64,000 nucleotides of DNA, from positions 228,718,001-228,782,000 of the forward strand of contig OZ024743.1 of the NCBI GenBank assembly GCA_964016885.1, written 5' to 3'. Position numbers and translations under genes: made by a program. The notes under the pieces are model-generated. The model did not search any database. It saw only the letters and a program-made list of their open reading frames with translations, and was not told the origin of the DNA. Each line of letters opens with the position of its first letter. Within the stretch, counting starts at the first letter, position 1. This document shows, one piece after another, positions 26,868 through 40,283 of the stretch. This DNA is from Eledone cirrhosa. Its lineage: Eukaryota.

Positions 26868-26897
26868 TATATACAACAACAATGTCTACTCTATAAC
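26868..26897 (-). other. Candidate 30-nt frame-preserving microexon
   Basis: Minus strand cttttttcatactgtttgcAG|gttatagagtagacattgttgttgtatata|GTAAGT. Only the phase-1 frame is open (xYRVDIVVVY). Confidence 0.35.
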
Positions 26898-27195
26898 CTG
26901 CAAACAGTATGAAAAAAGTTCACTTGGAAAATTAATAAAAGAATATTCAACAATCACAGCTTGAAAAATACCAAAATAAAAGAAAAAGATATCATTTTAA
27001 GATAAATAACAATGACTCACTGTTGGTTGGTTGCTTTGTGTTATGTAGAAGTCAACATCAACATTTTAAAGTAAAAATACACTGATTTATTTAACCTGCA
27101 GTGGTGCATAAGTACATTTAAGCTTGTATATATATATACACGCATGTGTTTGTATGTAATTGCATGCATATGTATATGTATGTGTGTATATATAT

Positions 27196-27380
27196 ATATG
27201 AAAAGTGTAAGGACCCCTACGGCTGAGCTCCGGCCGTTTCGACAGGTAGATCTCACTGTCCAAATGGCCGGAGCTCAGCCATCGAAGTCCTGACTCTTTT
27301 CATATTACCCACTCTACTACCCTAAATATTGAGCACTCTGGTACGTTATGGTTCAGTGGTATCTTACTACACCTTCTTTG

Positions 27381-27382
<2 letters not shown>
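27196..27382. mobile_element. Fold-back repeat between (TA)n arrays with a GC-rich hairpin
   Basis: 27221-27245 pairs with 27256-27280 (one mismatch), extending imperfectly to 27196/27305. 27337-27382 recurs inverted at 63954-64000, also next to (TA)n. Confidence 0.65.
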
Positions 27383-27431
<49 letters not shown>

Positions 27432-30120
27432 GTTAAAACAGTGACATATACAGGTACTTAAGTTTTGTGGGGTAGCACCACAACTCAGCCTGTTATAAAA
27501 ACAAAGATGGCGTCTGGTGATTGAATGCAACAATTTCTTTTTTTGAAGATTATTCAAGAGCTCTTCAAATCAGATAATTTCGAAAATAGTTATAAATAAC
27601 TATAAATAACCAAAATTATTAGATAGGTTGAAGGAAGGTAACTCTTCCAAAACTAATATCAAGTGTAGGGAAAGTTATCCTAAGTTAACTCAAAGAATCC
27701 AAATACAAGTTAGTTAGTAATTCGAAGAAAATATATTCCTTGACATTACAATTAGTTAGTCAGGTCTATACCATTTACTCAGAATGTATTTCATTTCATG
27801 CAGACAGTGGCTAAATCAATCAAGGCATATATTTTAGCAGTGTTTATCTGTGTATATATATAAATTTATATATATATATGAAACCCACCATATAATATGG
27901 AATTGGCCACACCAATGGCTAAATCTTTCCTTACATTAGGAAGGACTTTCCCTTAGCCATGTAAATCTCATAAGATTTTTAATAGAAACACGATTAAAAC
28001 AACTTCTTCTACAACTTCCCACCTCACACACAACAACACTGCATCTAACTTAACTAAATTGCCTAGTCATAGTAATATGAATAACCCTGAACTTAGGTTT
28101 AGCTGTGATTGTATTAATAGGGACTACTGCGCTCTAGCAGGGAAATGCTTATCAAGCAATATAGTTTATAAATGTAAGCTTGATATACCCACTTCTAGTA
28201 AGGCTTACATGGGGTTAATAGCCATTCATTTTGAAATCCTTTAAGAAGGAATATGACTTCAATTTTTTCCATCTTCAGGCATATTTTATCTGATTTAGCA
28301 ACTATTGGTATAGTTTTCTGAATTGTGGTGACTATATATTTAAATTTCAAATTTCCAATGCCTCATAAGTCAACCATTTAATCATGTATATATCTGTATA
28401 TAAGTATACACAGACATTTGTGAAGAAAGAAAGGTAAAGCCTATTTGTTGAGTGTGAAGATACATAATTAAGTAGACCATAAATCAATAAATCAAAACTA
28501 TAGTTTCACATAGAAAGAACTCCTGTTTACACAGGGTAATTGAAACTGGCATTCCAAAAAGCAAAGGAGTGGATTGTTATATCAGACCAAGAAAACGGTG
28601 TTTCCATTCATCTTTCCATTGCTGATACTATCTGCTGGTAGCAATTCCTAGCAGACAGAAATGGGACTTGAACTCAGAAATCACAGAGTTAAATTAGCTA
28701 CTATAAAGCACCCTATCTGACATTTTAACATTTTTTTAACCCAGTAGTCCTGAACTGGACTCATACTTTGTTTATCGAGCTTGAAAAGATGAAAGGCAGA
28801 CTTGATCTCCCAATTCACATGGTTGCAAAGCAAACCTCTGAACTTTATAGTCATGCATATGTGAGGGAGTTAGGGTGTGTTGCAGAGGAATTGAGAGAAA
28901 ACTGTGTAGAAGAGTGAAGAAAAGAACTTCAACATGACTAACCAACCACCACCAAAACAACATTATTTTTCTTTAATCAACTTTTTAACACTTTGCAAAG
29001 GTAAGCTGTGAAGTAATGTGTTGCTTAAGTGTTGTTTGTTTGTCAATACATCACTTAGCAACAGAGATGTCTGTATGAATAAGATGTTCTTGGAAGAAAA
29101 AGGAAGCAAGTTCAATTTCATTCAACACCTCATATTTCTCTTTAAAACATCCCCATATCACCCCCACCTACACTAACACTCTCTTCTCTATTCTCCCTAT
29201 CTTCCAGGAATACCTCTACCAAAAAGCGATAGCTAATTAAGATGCATTATAATTAACTACAATCAGCATAGCTCAGATTAAAATCAAAGTAATTACAGAA
29301 ACCCATACATTTGTTCTTTCTTTCTGTCTTATAAACAAGAAAAATAAATACATACATGCATGCACACACACACACACATGGTGTAAACAGAAAATAATTC
29401 CAAAATTATGAGCTAACAAAGGAAAAGTGGAAAATCACATGAGCTAATATGAGCAACTCTTCTGACATCTAGTGGTAGTTAGACAAAAGACACTATATAA
29501 TCTTCAACTTTTGTTTTTCTGTACAGATATTTCAACACTGCAGCCACAACAGCAGGATATGTAGATATATATGTGTGTATGTATATGCGTGGGTATAGAT
29601 AGATAGATAAAGATAAGCAAAGACAGAGAAAGAGACACATATATAGAGAGATAGAGAGAGGATATAAAGAAATACCACTGAGAAGATGCAAGCAGCAGAA
29701 AAAGAGGAAGACTAGATTGTTTGGTGTTACGGAAGATAGTTGGAGAAGAAGAGGAAAAAGAGAATGTGAAGAAGAGGAATGGATGGGGAAAGAGAGGAAC
29801 AGTGGGGGAAGAGAAGAAGAGATTCAATAAGCTTTACTGTAGCACAATTTGATGAGCTTCTCTCTATTGCCATGGTTACATAGGCTAAAAGGTGCAGTTG
29901 TTAGAACCATTTGTTGAAAAAAGAAGAAAGGTATCCACACACAAATATGACTTTCAGAGAGGGAGGGAGAGAGATGTTAGAAAGGGAGAGAGGGGTGAGA
30001 GAGAGGGAGGGAGAACATTAGAGAGAGAGAGTTGCATGTGGTGGGAGGGAGGAGGAGAGCAAAAACATCAACAACAACAGCAGTAGCAACAATAGTAACA
30101 ACAGCAAAAAAAAGCCAGGA

Positions 30121-31800
30121 TCAGCAACAACATTAGCAACAATAACACCACCAACAACAACAAAACTACCAATATTAACAACAACAGTGACAACACCTAC
30201 CACAAAACCACCAACTTCAACAAAATTAACAACAGCAACAACAAGACACACATTAATAACAACAACAACGATATTAACAACAAAACCAGCAACAAAACCT
30301 ACACCACCACCACCACCACCAGCAACAAAACCTACACCACCATCACCAGCAACAAAACCTACACCACCATCACCAGCAACAAAACCTACACCACCATCAC
30401 CAGCAACAAAACCTACACCACCACCACCATCACCAGCAACAAAACCTATACCACCACCACCACCAGCAACAAAACCTACACCACCATCACCAGCAACAAA
30501 ACCTACACCACCACCACCACCACCAGCAACAACAAAACCTACACCACCACCACCAGCAACAAAACCTACACCACCATCACCACCAGCAACAACAAAACCT
30601 ACACCACCATCACCAGCAACAAAACCTACACCACCACCACCAGCAACAAAACCTACACCACCACCACCAGCAACAAAACCTACACCACCACCACCAGCAA
30701 CAAAACCTACACCACCACCACCACCAGCAACAACAAAACCTACACCACCACCACCACCACCAGCAACAACAAAACCTACACCACCACCACCAGCAACAAA
30801 ACCTACACCACCATCACCAGCAACAAAACCTACACCACCACCAACAAAACCTACACCACCACCACCAGCAACAAAACCTACACCACCACCAACAACAAAA
30901 CCTACACCACCACCACCAGCAACAAAACCTACACCACCACCACCAGCAACAAAACCTACACCACCATCAACAAAACCTACACCACCATCAACAGCAACAA
31001 AACCTACACCACCACCAGCAACAACAAAACCTACACCACCACCACCACCAGCAGCAACAACAAAACCTACACCACCACCACCACCACCAGCAACAACAAA
31101 ACCTACACCACCACCACCAGCAACAAAACCTACACCACCATCACCACCAGCAACAACAAAACCTACACCACCACCACCAGCAACAAAACCTACACCACCA
31201 CCACCAGCAACAAAACCTACACCACCATCACCAGCAACAAAACCTACACCACCACCAACAAAACCTACACCACCATCACCAGCAACAAAACCTACACCAC
31301 CACCACCAGCAACAAAACCTACACCACCACCAACAACAAAACCTACACCACCATCACCAGCAACAAAGCCTACACCACCATCACCAGCAACAAAACCTAC
31401 ACCACCACCACCAGCAACAAAACCTACACCACCACCACCAGCAACAAAACCTACACCACCATCACCAACAACAAAAAATCCTACAACAACAAAAAATCCT
31501 ACAACAACAACAAAACTTACAACACCACCAATAACAACAACAAAACTTACATCAACATCACCAACACCAACAACAAAATCAACACCACCACCACCAACAA
31601 AACCTACATCAACACCACCAACAACAAAACCTACAACACCACCAACAACAACAACAAAATCAACAACAACACCACCAACAAAACCTACATCAACACCACC
31701 AACAACAAAACCTACAACACCACCAACAACAACAACAAAACCTACAACACCACCACCATCACCAACAACAACAAAACTATCATCAACAGCAACAACTTGC
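30121..31800. repeat. Triplet-phased minisatellite, open on both strands (+ TKPTPPPPA repeats; - GVGFVAGGG repeats)
   Basis: About 40 units of (g/a)caacaaaacctaca(cca)n, varying only by multiples of 3 nt. No ATG or signal peptide on the + strand. Confidence 0.9.
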
Positions 31801-32275
31801 AATGACAAAACAAAAAAAAACAGAAAAAACAGCCACGATGACGACGAAAAGAAAACAAAAAAAAAGAAAGATCTGAAAGAAAAGAAATACAAATATAAAC
31901 CAAGTTTTCAATGAAAATCTAATTTTATTTATTCATTTATTTATTTAATCATTTTTCTTTTGCTTTGCTTTCCTTTCCTAGCTAGGAGGGAATTTTTAGC
32001 AATGAAATTATCAATATAGAACGTTCTTCATGTAGCAACTTCTTATGAATGAGTGCAGTTTGTGCAGCTACTTCTGCACGAGGAATCAAGAGAGAGACGA
32101 TGCAACAAATCAGGTAAAACTGTGTGCAACTAAGATGCATAAAAACACAGCAGAAAAGTCAGGAATATCAAACACAAACAAGTGGGAAAAGGAAGCACAT
32201 CTGAAATGAAACTTACCAATATGTGTATATATATATGTTTGAATTCATATATATAAATATATATACGTACATACT

Positions 32276-32341
<66 letters not shown>

Positions 32342-32404
32342 GTATGCTTTATATATATATATATATAATTTGTATGCTTTATATATATATATATAATTTG
32401 TATG

Positions 32405-32439
<35 letters not shown>

Positions 32440-32444
32440 GTATG

Positions 32445-32591
<147 letters not shown>

Positions 32592-32804
32592 TGGAAAGAA
32601 AGAAAGAGAGGGAGAGAGTTAAATAGATAGACATAAAGCAAATCAAAGGTTTACTCAAATGCATATACATGTGCACACACATGATACGTATATGAAAGTA
32701 TAATTATATATATATATATATCTGTATATATATATATATATATATTTATGTATATAAATGTATATATAAATATATATATATATATTTATGTATATATATG
32801 TATA

Positions 32805-32868
<64 letters not shown>

Positions 32869-33349
32869 ATATACATATACCATATATATATAGACACACT
32901 TACATGTCACAATGCATATTTATGTAGACAATTGTGCTACAAAGAGAAAACAATCTTTAAGTTCTATCAAAAATGCAATAAGAATATGAAAGTACACATG
33001 CTACCACACATGATATATTTAAATACATAGTGGTTTGTGTGTTCATGTATGAAGGAGGAGTCGGGATAGAATAAAAGTGTATACAAATCTACATATATAT
33101 ATATATATATATATATACATACATACACACACATAGATCCCGTTAAGGGTGAAAGCAGCGATTCTTTGCTTAAACTTTAATCTGTTATTTTAATAAATAT
33201 TTGCTCTACGGTTCTTATATATTTGATATATATTTATCCTTATCGAGCCCTCTTTGGATTTTAGTTTTCAAATTTATTATTATTACTATATATACATATA
33301 TATATATACATACATACATAGATATATGTATATATATATATATACATAA

Positions 33350-33412
<63 letters not shown>

Positions 33413-33591
33413 CATATACATATATATATACATACATACATATATATATATATACATATACATATATATATACATACATACATATATATATATATACATA
33501 CATATATATATATATACATACATACATATATACATATACATATATATATACATACATACATATATATATATATACATACATACATATATAT

Positions 33592-33622
<31 letters not shown>

Positions 33623-33870
33623 CATACATACATACATGCATATATATATATATATACATACATACATACATGCATATATATATATGTATATATATATACA
33701 CATAAACACACACATATATATACATATATGTATACATATATATTTACATAGACCATGGAGCATATGTGCATAAACGCACCTGTACCGTGTCGTATTTGTG
33801 ACATTATTGTATAAGCTCAATGTACGATAACAGAGCCATTATATGTAAAAGAGATCAAAGAACGCCTACA

Positions 33871-33963
33871 TACTCATACAATTTTTATTTGCTGACAATG
33901 TTTCATCCATACCATGGAGCAGGAATCATCAGAGCTTTATAAACAAAAATACAGTGCTGAGTA
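33871..33963 (-). ncRNA. Type I hammerhead ribozyme motif (GUC site)
   Basis: Minus strand: ..tttttgttt-ataaa-gct CTGATGA ttcctgctccatggtatggat GAAAC att GTC agc-aaataaaaa..tgagta. Stem I gct/agc plus distal helices; stem II tcc/gga with a mismatched closing pair. Confidence 0.65.
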
Positions 33964-34067
33964 TAAGCTCTACCAAGCTTAGTCACATGAACATTAGAAA
34001 TACAATAGAGGGTAACAAGAGGGAGATCTGAAATGGGGAGTATATGTATGTATGTATATATATTTGT

Positions 34068-34135
<68 letters not shown>

Positions 34136-35120
34136 CCAGAAAACTCCAGAAAACTTCCTTGTAGAGTGGTTTTAATCTATTGTAAAACTATATTCATTGA
34201 GTAATCAATGAATCATATTAATCTTTGGTCATATATATATATAAACATCGTTTTACGTCCGTTCTTCCATGCTAGCATGGGTTAGACGGGTTGTCCTGTT
34301 GGGAGCAGTGTCCAGTCGGCTGACCGTGTCTTGCTCATACAGGAACTGATTCTGTCTTGATTTCTACAGCTGGATGCCTTTCCTAACACCAACCTCATTT
34401 ACAGTGAGTGCTGGGTGCTTTTTTCCGTGGTGCCTACATGTCCACTTTACAGTGTGGGCTGGGTGCTTTTTTGCCATGGCATATAGCACATATAGATAGA
34501 TACATACATAGGTACCAAGATTACAATGTGTGCATGCATATATATTGATGGTATCAATCCAACCAAAACTGGCTGTTTCTATGAAACAAAACCACCCATT
34601 TTAAAGGGTTCATATTTAAATTAATATCAATCTACATGATTTTATATAAGAACCATATATTAAGTTACTATCTTATTAATGAAATACTTAATAATTTTAG
34701 TAGGTCCCTGAAAATTCTTCATGAATTAATTGAAATAGTGTAGTTTGTTAGCAATACAGCCCAGAAAGGATTTAATTTGATCAATTTTTATGTGTATTGA
34801 ACTGAAACAAAAATCATCACAAGAATAGCATTGACAATAAATCAATGGAACTCTTTATATTTGCTTTTAGTTTTCAATAATAGTTAGCTTTCTTAAAGAT
34901 AAATAGAAATGTTGTCCCTGTGAATTGATATTTCAAAATGAACGTTGTAGAATACAATATCATTGTTTTACTTAGTCTATAGCTTAATCTTATCAATAAA
35001 GGATATTCTTTTAATGATGTTATTCATTAGACTGTGGTCATACATGCTAGGTGTCACCTTCAAAGGATTTTTAGTCAATAATATTGAGCTCATCCTGTAC
35101 TTATTTTCTGAAGCCTGATA

Positions 35121-35310
35121 CTTATGTTATCGATATTGTTCAGTCAAACTGTTAAGTTATAGGACATTAACAAAAGTAACTATACATATACACACATATA
35201 TGTGTGTGCATGTGCGTGTTTATGTGTGTGTGTGTGTGTGTGTGTGTGTGGTTACTTTTGTTAATGTCCTATAACTTAACAGTTTGACTGAACAAGATCG
35301 ATAACATAAG
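35121..35310. repeat. 60-bp inverted repeat with microsatellite spacer
   Basis: 35121-35180 is the reverse complement of 35251-35310 with one mismatch; lies inside a degenerate SINE-like repeat. Confidence 0.95.
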
Positions 35311-37058
35311 CTTCCATCCACCAACTTCTAATCACAAGACATTGTTCACTTCAAGACTCTTGTCCAAGCTACTAAGCAATGTGACTGAACTCAAAACCAC
35401 GTGGTTGCGGAGTGAACTTCCTAACCACATAGCCATGCCTGTGACTACATATATATTCTTTGGGAAATTTCCTTGTATTTTTGGCAACAATGGCAGTGTG
35501 TGCATGTGTTTGTGTTTTATAAACATGTGTGTGTGTGAGTGTGTCTTATCAATTCTTATTGTTCAACTGAAGCAATGGTTATTATTATTTTTATTACCAT
35601 CAATAATAATGATTTTAATTTGAGCAGAAGGGAATGTCATTTCAATTGACACCCCCCAACCCCCCACATACACACAATACTTGAAATAGTACTTTAATTT
35701 ATCGACCATGGAAAGATAGAAGGCGAAGTTGACTTTAATAGTATTTGAACTCAAAATGTAAAAAGTTGGAACAAATACTGAAAAGCATTTGCTCCATTCT
35801 CTAATGATTCTGCCAACCCACCACTCTAATAATACTAATGATGTTGATGATTTTTTTGTATATTAACATTCTTCACATCCTTGAATAAAGATGGTATCCT
35901 TTTATTAATGGAATCTAAATTACTTTAGATTCTCATGTGTAATATTCAAATAACCTGACCACTAACAAAGATAAACAAACATAACACTGCTAGAAAATTC
36001 ATTATCTGCAGATTCTTCTTGGTTTTAGCAGTGTTTTGAAGTGGTCCTTAACCTCTTCATTATCATATTTCTAATGAAAATCACTGACTGCGATTTTTAA
36101 TTAATTTTGAAAATAATGCAAATTTAGTAAAATAACTTTCTTATTACTAAGTTGGTGTTTGGAGCATAACTTATCAAATGTCCTTACATAAAAATATGAT
36201 GCAAGGCTTTCAGTTAGATATAAATACTTTAAGAAAACAACAGTTTTGTATAATAAAATCAAGGGTGGTTTCAGGCAGTTTGGTATCAAATAGGTGAACA
36301 ATTCTTTACGATGACATGGTCACTGATATCGATCATAAACAAGAAAAAATTATCATATGATATTTGCTGGGAAGCAATAAAATTTCTCTATTTTTGTATT
36401 TCTCATTAAGTGAAGGCAGTGATGAGTGAAGAGATGAGCCCAAAGCCATGGAACCCTGAGGGTGTGACAGAAACAAAAATTCATTTCAAAGTCATTGCTT
36501 CAATAAGAGTGCAAACAAAGTAAAAGCAAGAAATATATTCCAAAGAAGCTAATTTTGAAATAAAAAAGATATAGAAGGCATCACCAAACTAAAAATAAAA
36601 TCAAAATTGAAAATGTTATCAGGAACCTTATTCAAAGAATACATTGATAGACAGATAGCTTTTATTTTTATTTTTAATATCAACTGTAATTACATTCTTT
36701 GGTACATTTAGCAAAGTAATAATAATAATTTCTAATTTAGGTATAAGAACAGCAATATGTGAGGGGGGGAGAGAAAGTCAATTGAATTGACCCCAGTCCT
36801 TGACTGATATTATATTTTATCAACCTTAGAAGAATGAAAGGTGAAGTTGATGTCGGTAGAATTTGAATTTAGAAAGTTAAGAGCCATAAATAAATGTTGT
36901 AAAGCATTATATCTGATGCTCCATTGATTCTGCCAATCTACCAGCCTCAATATTATCAATGATTTCTGATTTAGGCACAGCAATTTTGCTGGGAGGTTAT
37001 GTTGATTACATCAAACCCAGTACTTGAGTGATATTTTATTTTATCAACCCTGAGAATG

Positions 37059-37297
37059 TGGTTAGAATGTCAAAGGATAGAATCGCTGGACAGATTTTAT
37101 GGGCAAAACCAGGCAGCATGTGACCCAGGGGTAGACCATGAGCAAGAAGGTTGGATAACATTTATGAGTTTGGCTGGCCTCACTTTGGGATCCAGCTTGA
37201 TCAACTTGATGGCTGCTTCTGATAGGACACGCTGGAAGGTGTGCCTGAGGACCCCAACCCCACAACCCTCCTAGGGATAAGTGGAGAAGATGAGATT
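37059..37297 (+). mobile_element. 5'-truncated RTE-clade LINE inserted into a SINE
   Basis: VRMSKDRIAGQILWAKP..*PRGRP*ARRLDNI.. C-terminal motif. TSD-like repeat ccctgagaatg/cccttagaatg at 37048-37058 and 37298-37308. Confidence 0.7.
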
Positions 37298-37744
37298 CCC
37301 TTAGAATGAAAGGCAAAATTGCCCGTAGTGAGATTTGAACATAAAAAGCCCCAATTAAATAACACAAAGCATTTTATCTGATGCTCTTAAGATTCTGCAA
37401 ATCCAATAATAATAATATAAAAGTGGTGAAGCAGAATTTATTAAATTTTCACAACACTGTGGAATTTTATATTATTTTCGCATATGAAGAGAAGGAAAAG
37501 GGAAATAAAGAAAGAAAAAGTAAAGATGAATTTTGCTGATATTAAAAAAAAAAAAGCTTGGACATCCCCACAAAGAAAAAAATAATTTTTTCCTAAGATT
37601 AGTTGAAGTGGGAGTATTAAAAAAAACCAGTTTTATTAAATTTATATCTTACATAATATTTAAGTAAAAGTTTCAAAGAATATGTAATGTTAGTAAGCAT
37701 GAGCAGCTAAGCATGAATGAACTGAGAGAAAAACTAGGTTGAAG

Positions 37745-37985
37745 AAGAATCGAGTACAGAGTGCAAGAGAGAATATTGCACAGATATGGACATGTGATAC
37801 ATATGGATGGTGATCATTGAGTGAAGAATTGCCAATGGATCCCAGGAGAAGGAAGCTGCAGAAGAGAAAGAGCAGTGAAGACTTGGGCAGAAGTGATGAG
37901 AGCTGACATCAAAACAGTGAATATCACAGAGGTGATAAATGATATGCAAGCATGAAAAGATGTAAAGGCTTGATGATGATGATGC
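37745..37985 (+). mobile_element. RTE LINE 3' fragment
   Basis: QERILHRYGHVIHMD..EGSCRR..KTWAEVMRADIK resembles the RTE ORF end (RLRWYGHV..GRPRKTW); (TGA)n tail. Confidence 0.65.
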
Positions 37986-38828
37986 CATGTGAAAAGTATG
38001 TTCAATTCCAGTTTACAGATATTTAACTTCAAAGACAAGAGTACAGCAGTTTTATTTATAAGACTATATCATAATTATTTTATACCTGCTTTCTATATAT
38101 TGTCTTGAGTTGGATAGATTGTAATAATCCAAGACTAGAAGAGTTAAATAATCACATCCTGCTTGTACATTCCATTTTTGGCATGGTTACAACAGCTGGA
38201 TGCCATTCCTAACACCAACCACTTTACGGAATGTACTGAGGTTGATACGATTGACTAAAGACTTCAAGGCAATGCTTCAGCATGGCCATAGTCCAGCAAC
38301 TGAAAACAATAGAAGAGTATAGCACCCTACCCACACTTGAAAGTGGTCGTGTAGGAGTTATGACAAAAAGCACCCAGCCTACACTGTAAATGTGGTTGGC
38401 ATTAGGAAGGGCATCCAGCCGTAGAAACCTAGCCAGAAACAGTTCTATATGAGTAAGACACAGTCACCTGACCCCACTTGCCTCAAATGGGACAACACGT
38501 CTAACTCACGCTAGTGTAGAAAATGGACGTTAAACGATCATGATGATATATACATGTGTGTGTGTTTGAGTGTGTATGTGAAGAGAGAAACAGAAAGAGT
38601 GAGAGATGTGTATGCATTTCTTTGTGATTTAGGATATATATATTTATATAAATAGAGGTAGACATGAAGGTATATATAATATGTTTATGTACAATAAGCA
38701 TATTTATATCTCACTATGCATGTTTTAAGCTAAGATTATTTAGCAGGACATATATGTTTATTATAAATAAATATGTATATGCTTTCATATACATATCTGT
38801 TATGAATCACAATGTTTTAGTGCTACCC

Positions 38829-38873
<45 letters not shown>

Positions 38874-39375
38874 GAAAGTATAGAAATTATTGTGAGCAAG
38901 AAGCCAACAGTATTTCATAATATATAAGTGACTATAACGTCAAAATAATTAACGTAAAATGTGGGAAAATAATTCAAACACAATTAAAAAAAAATCAAGA
39001 CAGAGATTTTATCCATAGATTTTGTGAAATCCATGGAAAAACCAATAGAGCCTTAACTCTGAATAAAATAAAGTTTAAATACTCATCCTTCAATTTGGAA
39101 AAACTACAAATGCTCTATATAGTCTTAAAAAGACTATTTCATGAAACTTTTCAGTGGAGATTGTCACGGTTGGAACCGTTCGTCAGTAGAGCTCAAACAC
39201 GATAACCCTAGTTTCACTGCCAAAATATGCCAAATATATATAAATGGAAAAGAATGAAACGAAATTTCATTTCTCACTATATATATTGGGCTCTCTTCCT
39301 GCTATTTCAAGCATTAAACTAATATATTTCTTCCATGTACTGTGCCACTTGTTTTGTTATTTATGTTTACCTTTT

Positions 39376-39406
<31 letters not shown>

Positions 39407-40131
39407 CAACTATATTAATCACGCACTGCTCATACTGGTGCAAGGTGGCATACACTAAGTTTGATTTAAAAACGAAAGAGGTATTTTAGTTCTTATAGTG
39501 TATGTCAAAGAAGCTAGTTTCGAAGATATACTGGGATTTTAAACTATTCTATTATTCCAATTGATCACTGGTTAACATTTAAAAGCAAACTATAAAATGT
39601 AGATTTGCCCTGAACCCAAAATACCATGGATATAATAAAAGGCTTTTGTTGAGTGAACATATTGAAGAAATCTTGTTATGAAACATAAAATGTCATTTAA
39701 ACAAATGATTGATTTTATGAGCACAAATCCAAGTGCTCCACATTTATATTAAGAGCCTAACACTGCCAATCAATTGGTTATAAGTAGCTCAATATATTGA
39801 TTTTGGAGGAGGAAACACATTATTTCATTGATGTCAGAGAGAGAGAAACTAAACACATGATTATGCTAGATTTTGTATCAAATTACACTGCTGGTTTAGC
39901 TCTATGTCTAAAACGTTCACGAATTGCATAGGCATGTATGTTGCTTGAAGAAACTTAACAGCGTTTGAAACTGTAGATTTTTTAATTTTTATTTATTTGT
40001 TTTGTTGTTTTTGTCCATGATCCCTGTGAACCCTTATAGGTTCATTTAGGTATAGGCACATTAGAGGGGATAAAAACATTGATGTCATTCAGCTTGTCAA
40101 AACCAAAGATCATAGGATAATAATACAAAAT

Positions 40132-40283
<152 letters not shown>

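Noticed and set aside
31982-32216. Splice-like signals on both strands downstream of the Pro/Thr repeat
   Set aside because: The + strand candidate has stops in the frames checked, and the minus-strand candidate lacks a donor.
39140-39215. Minus-strand CTGACGA followed by the hairpin acggtt/aaccgt
   Set aside because: Followed by GACA rather than GAAA, and neither stem I nor stem III can be formed.
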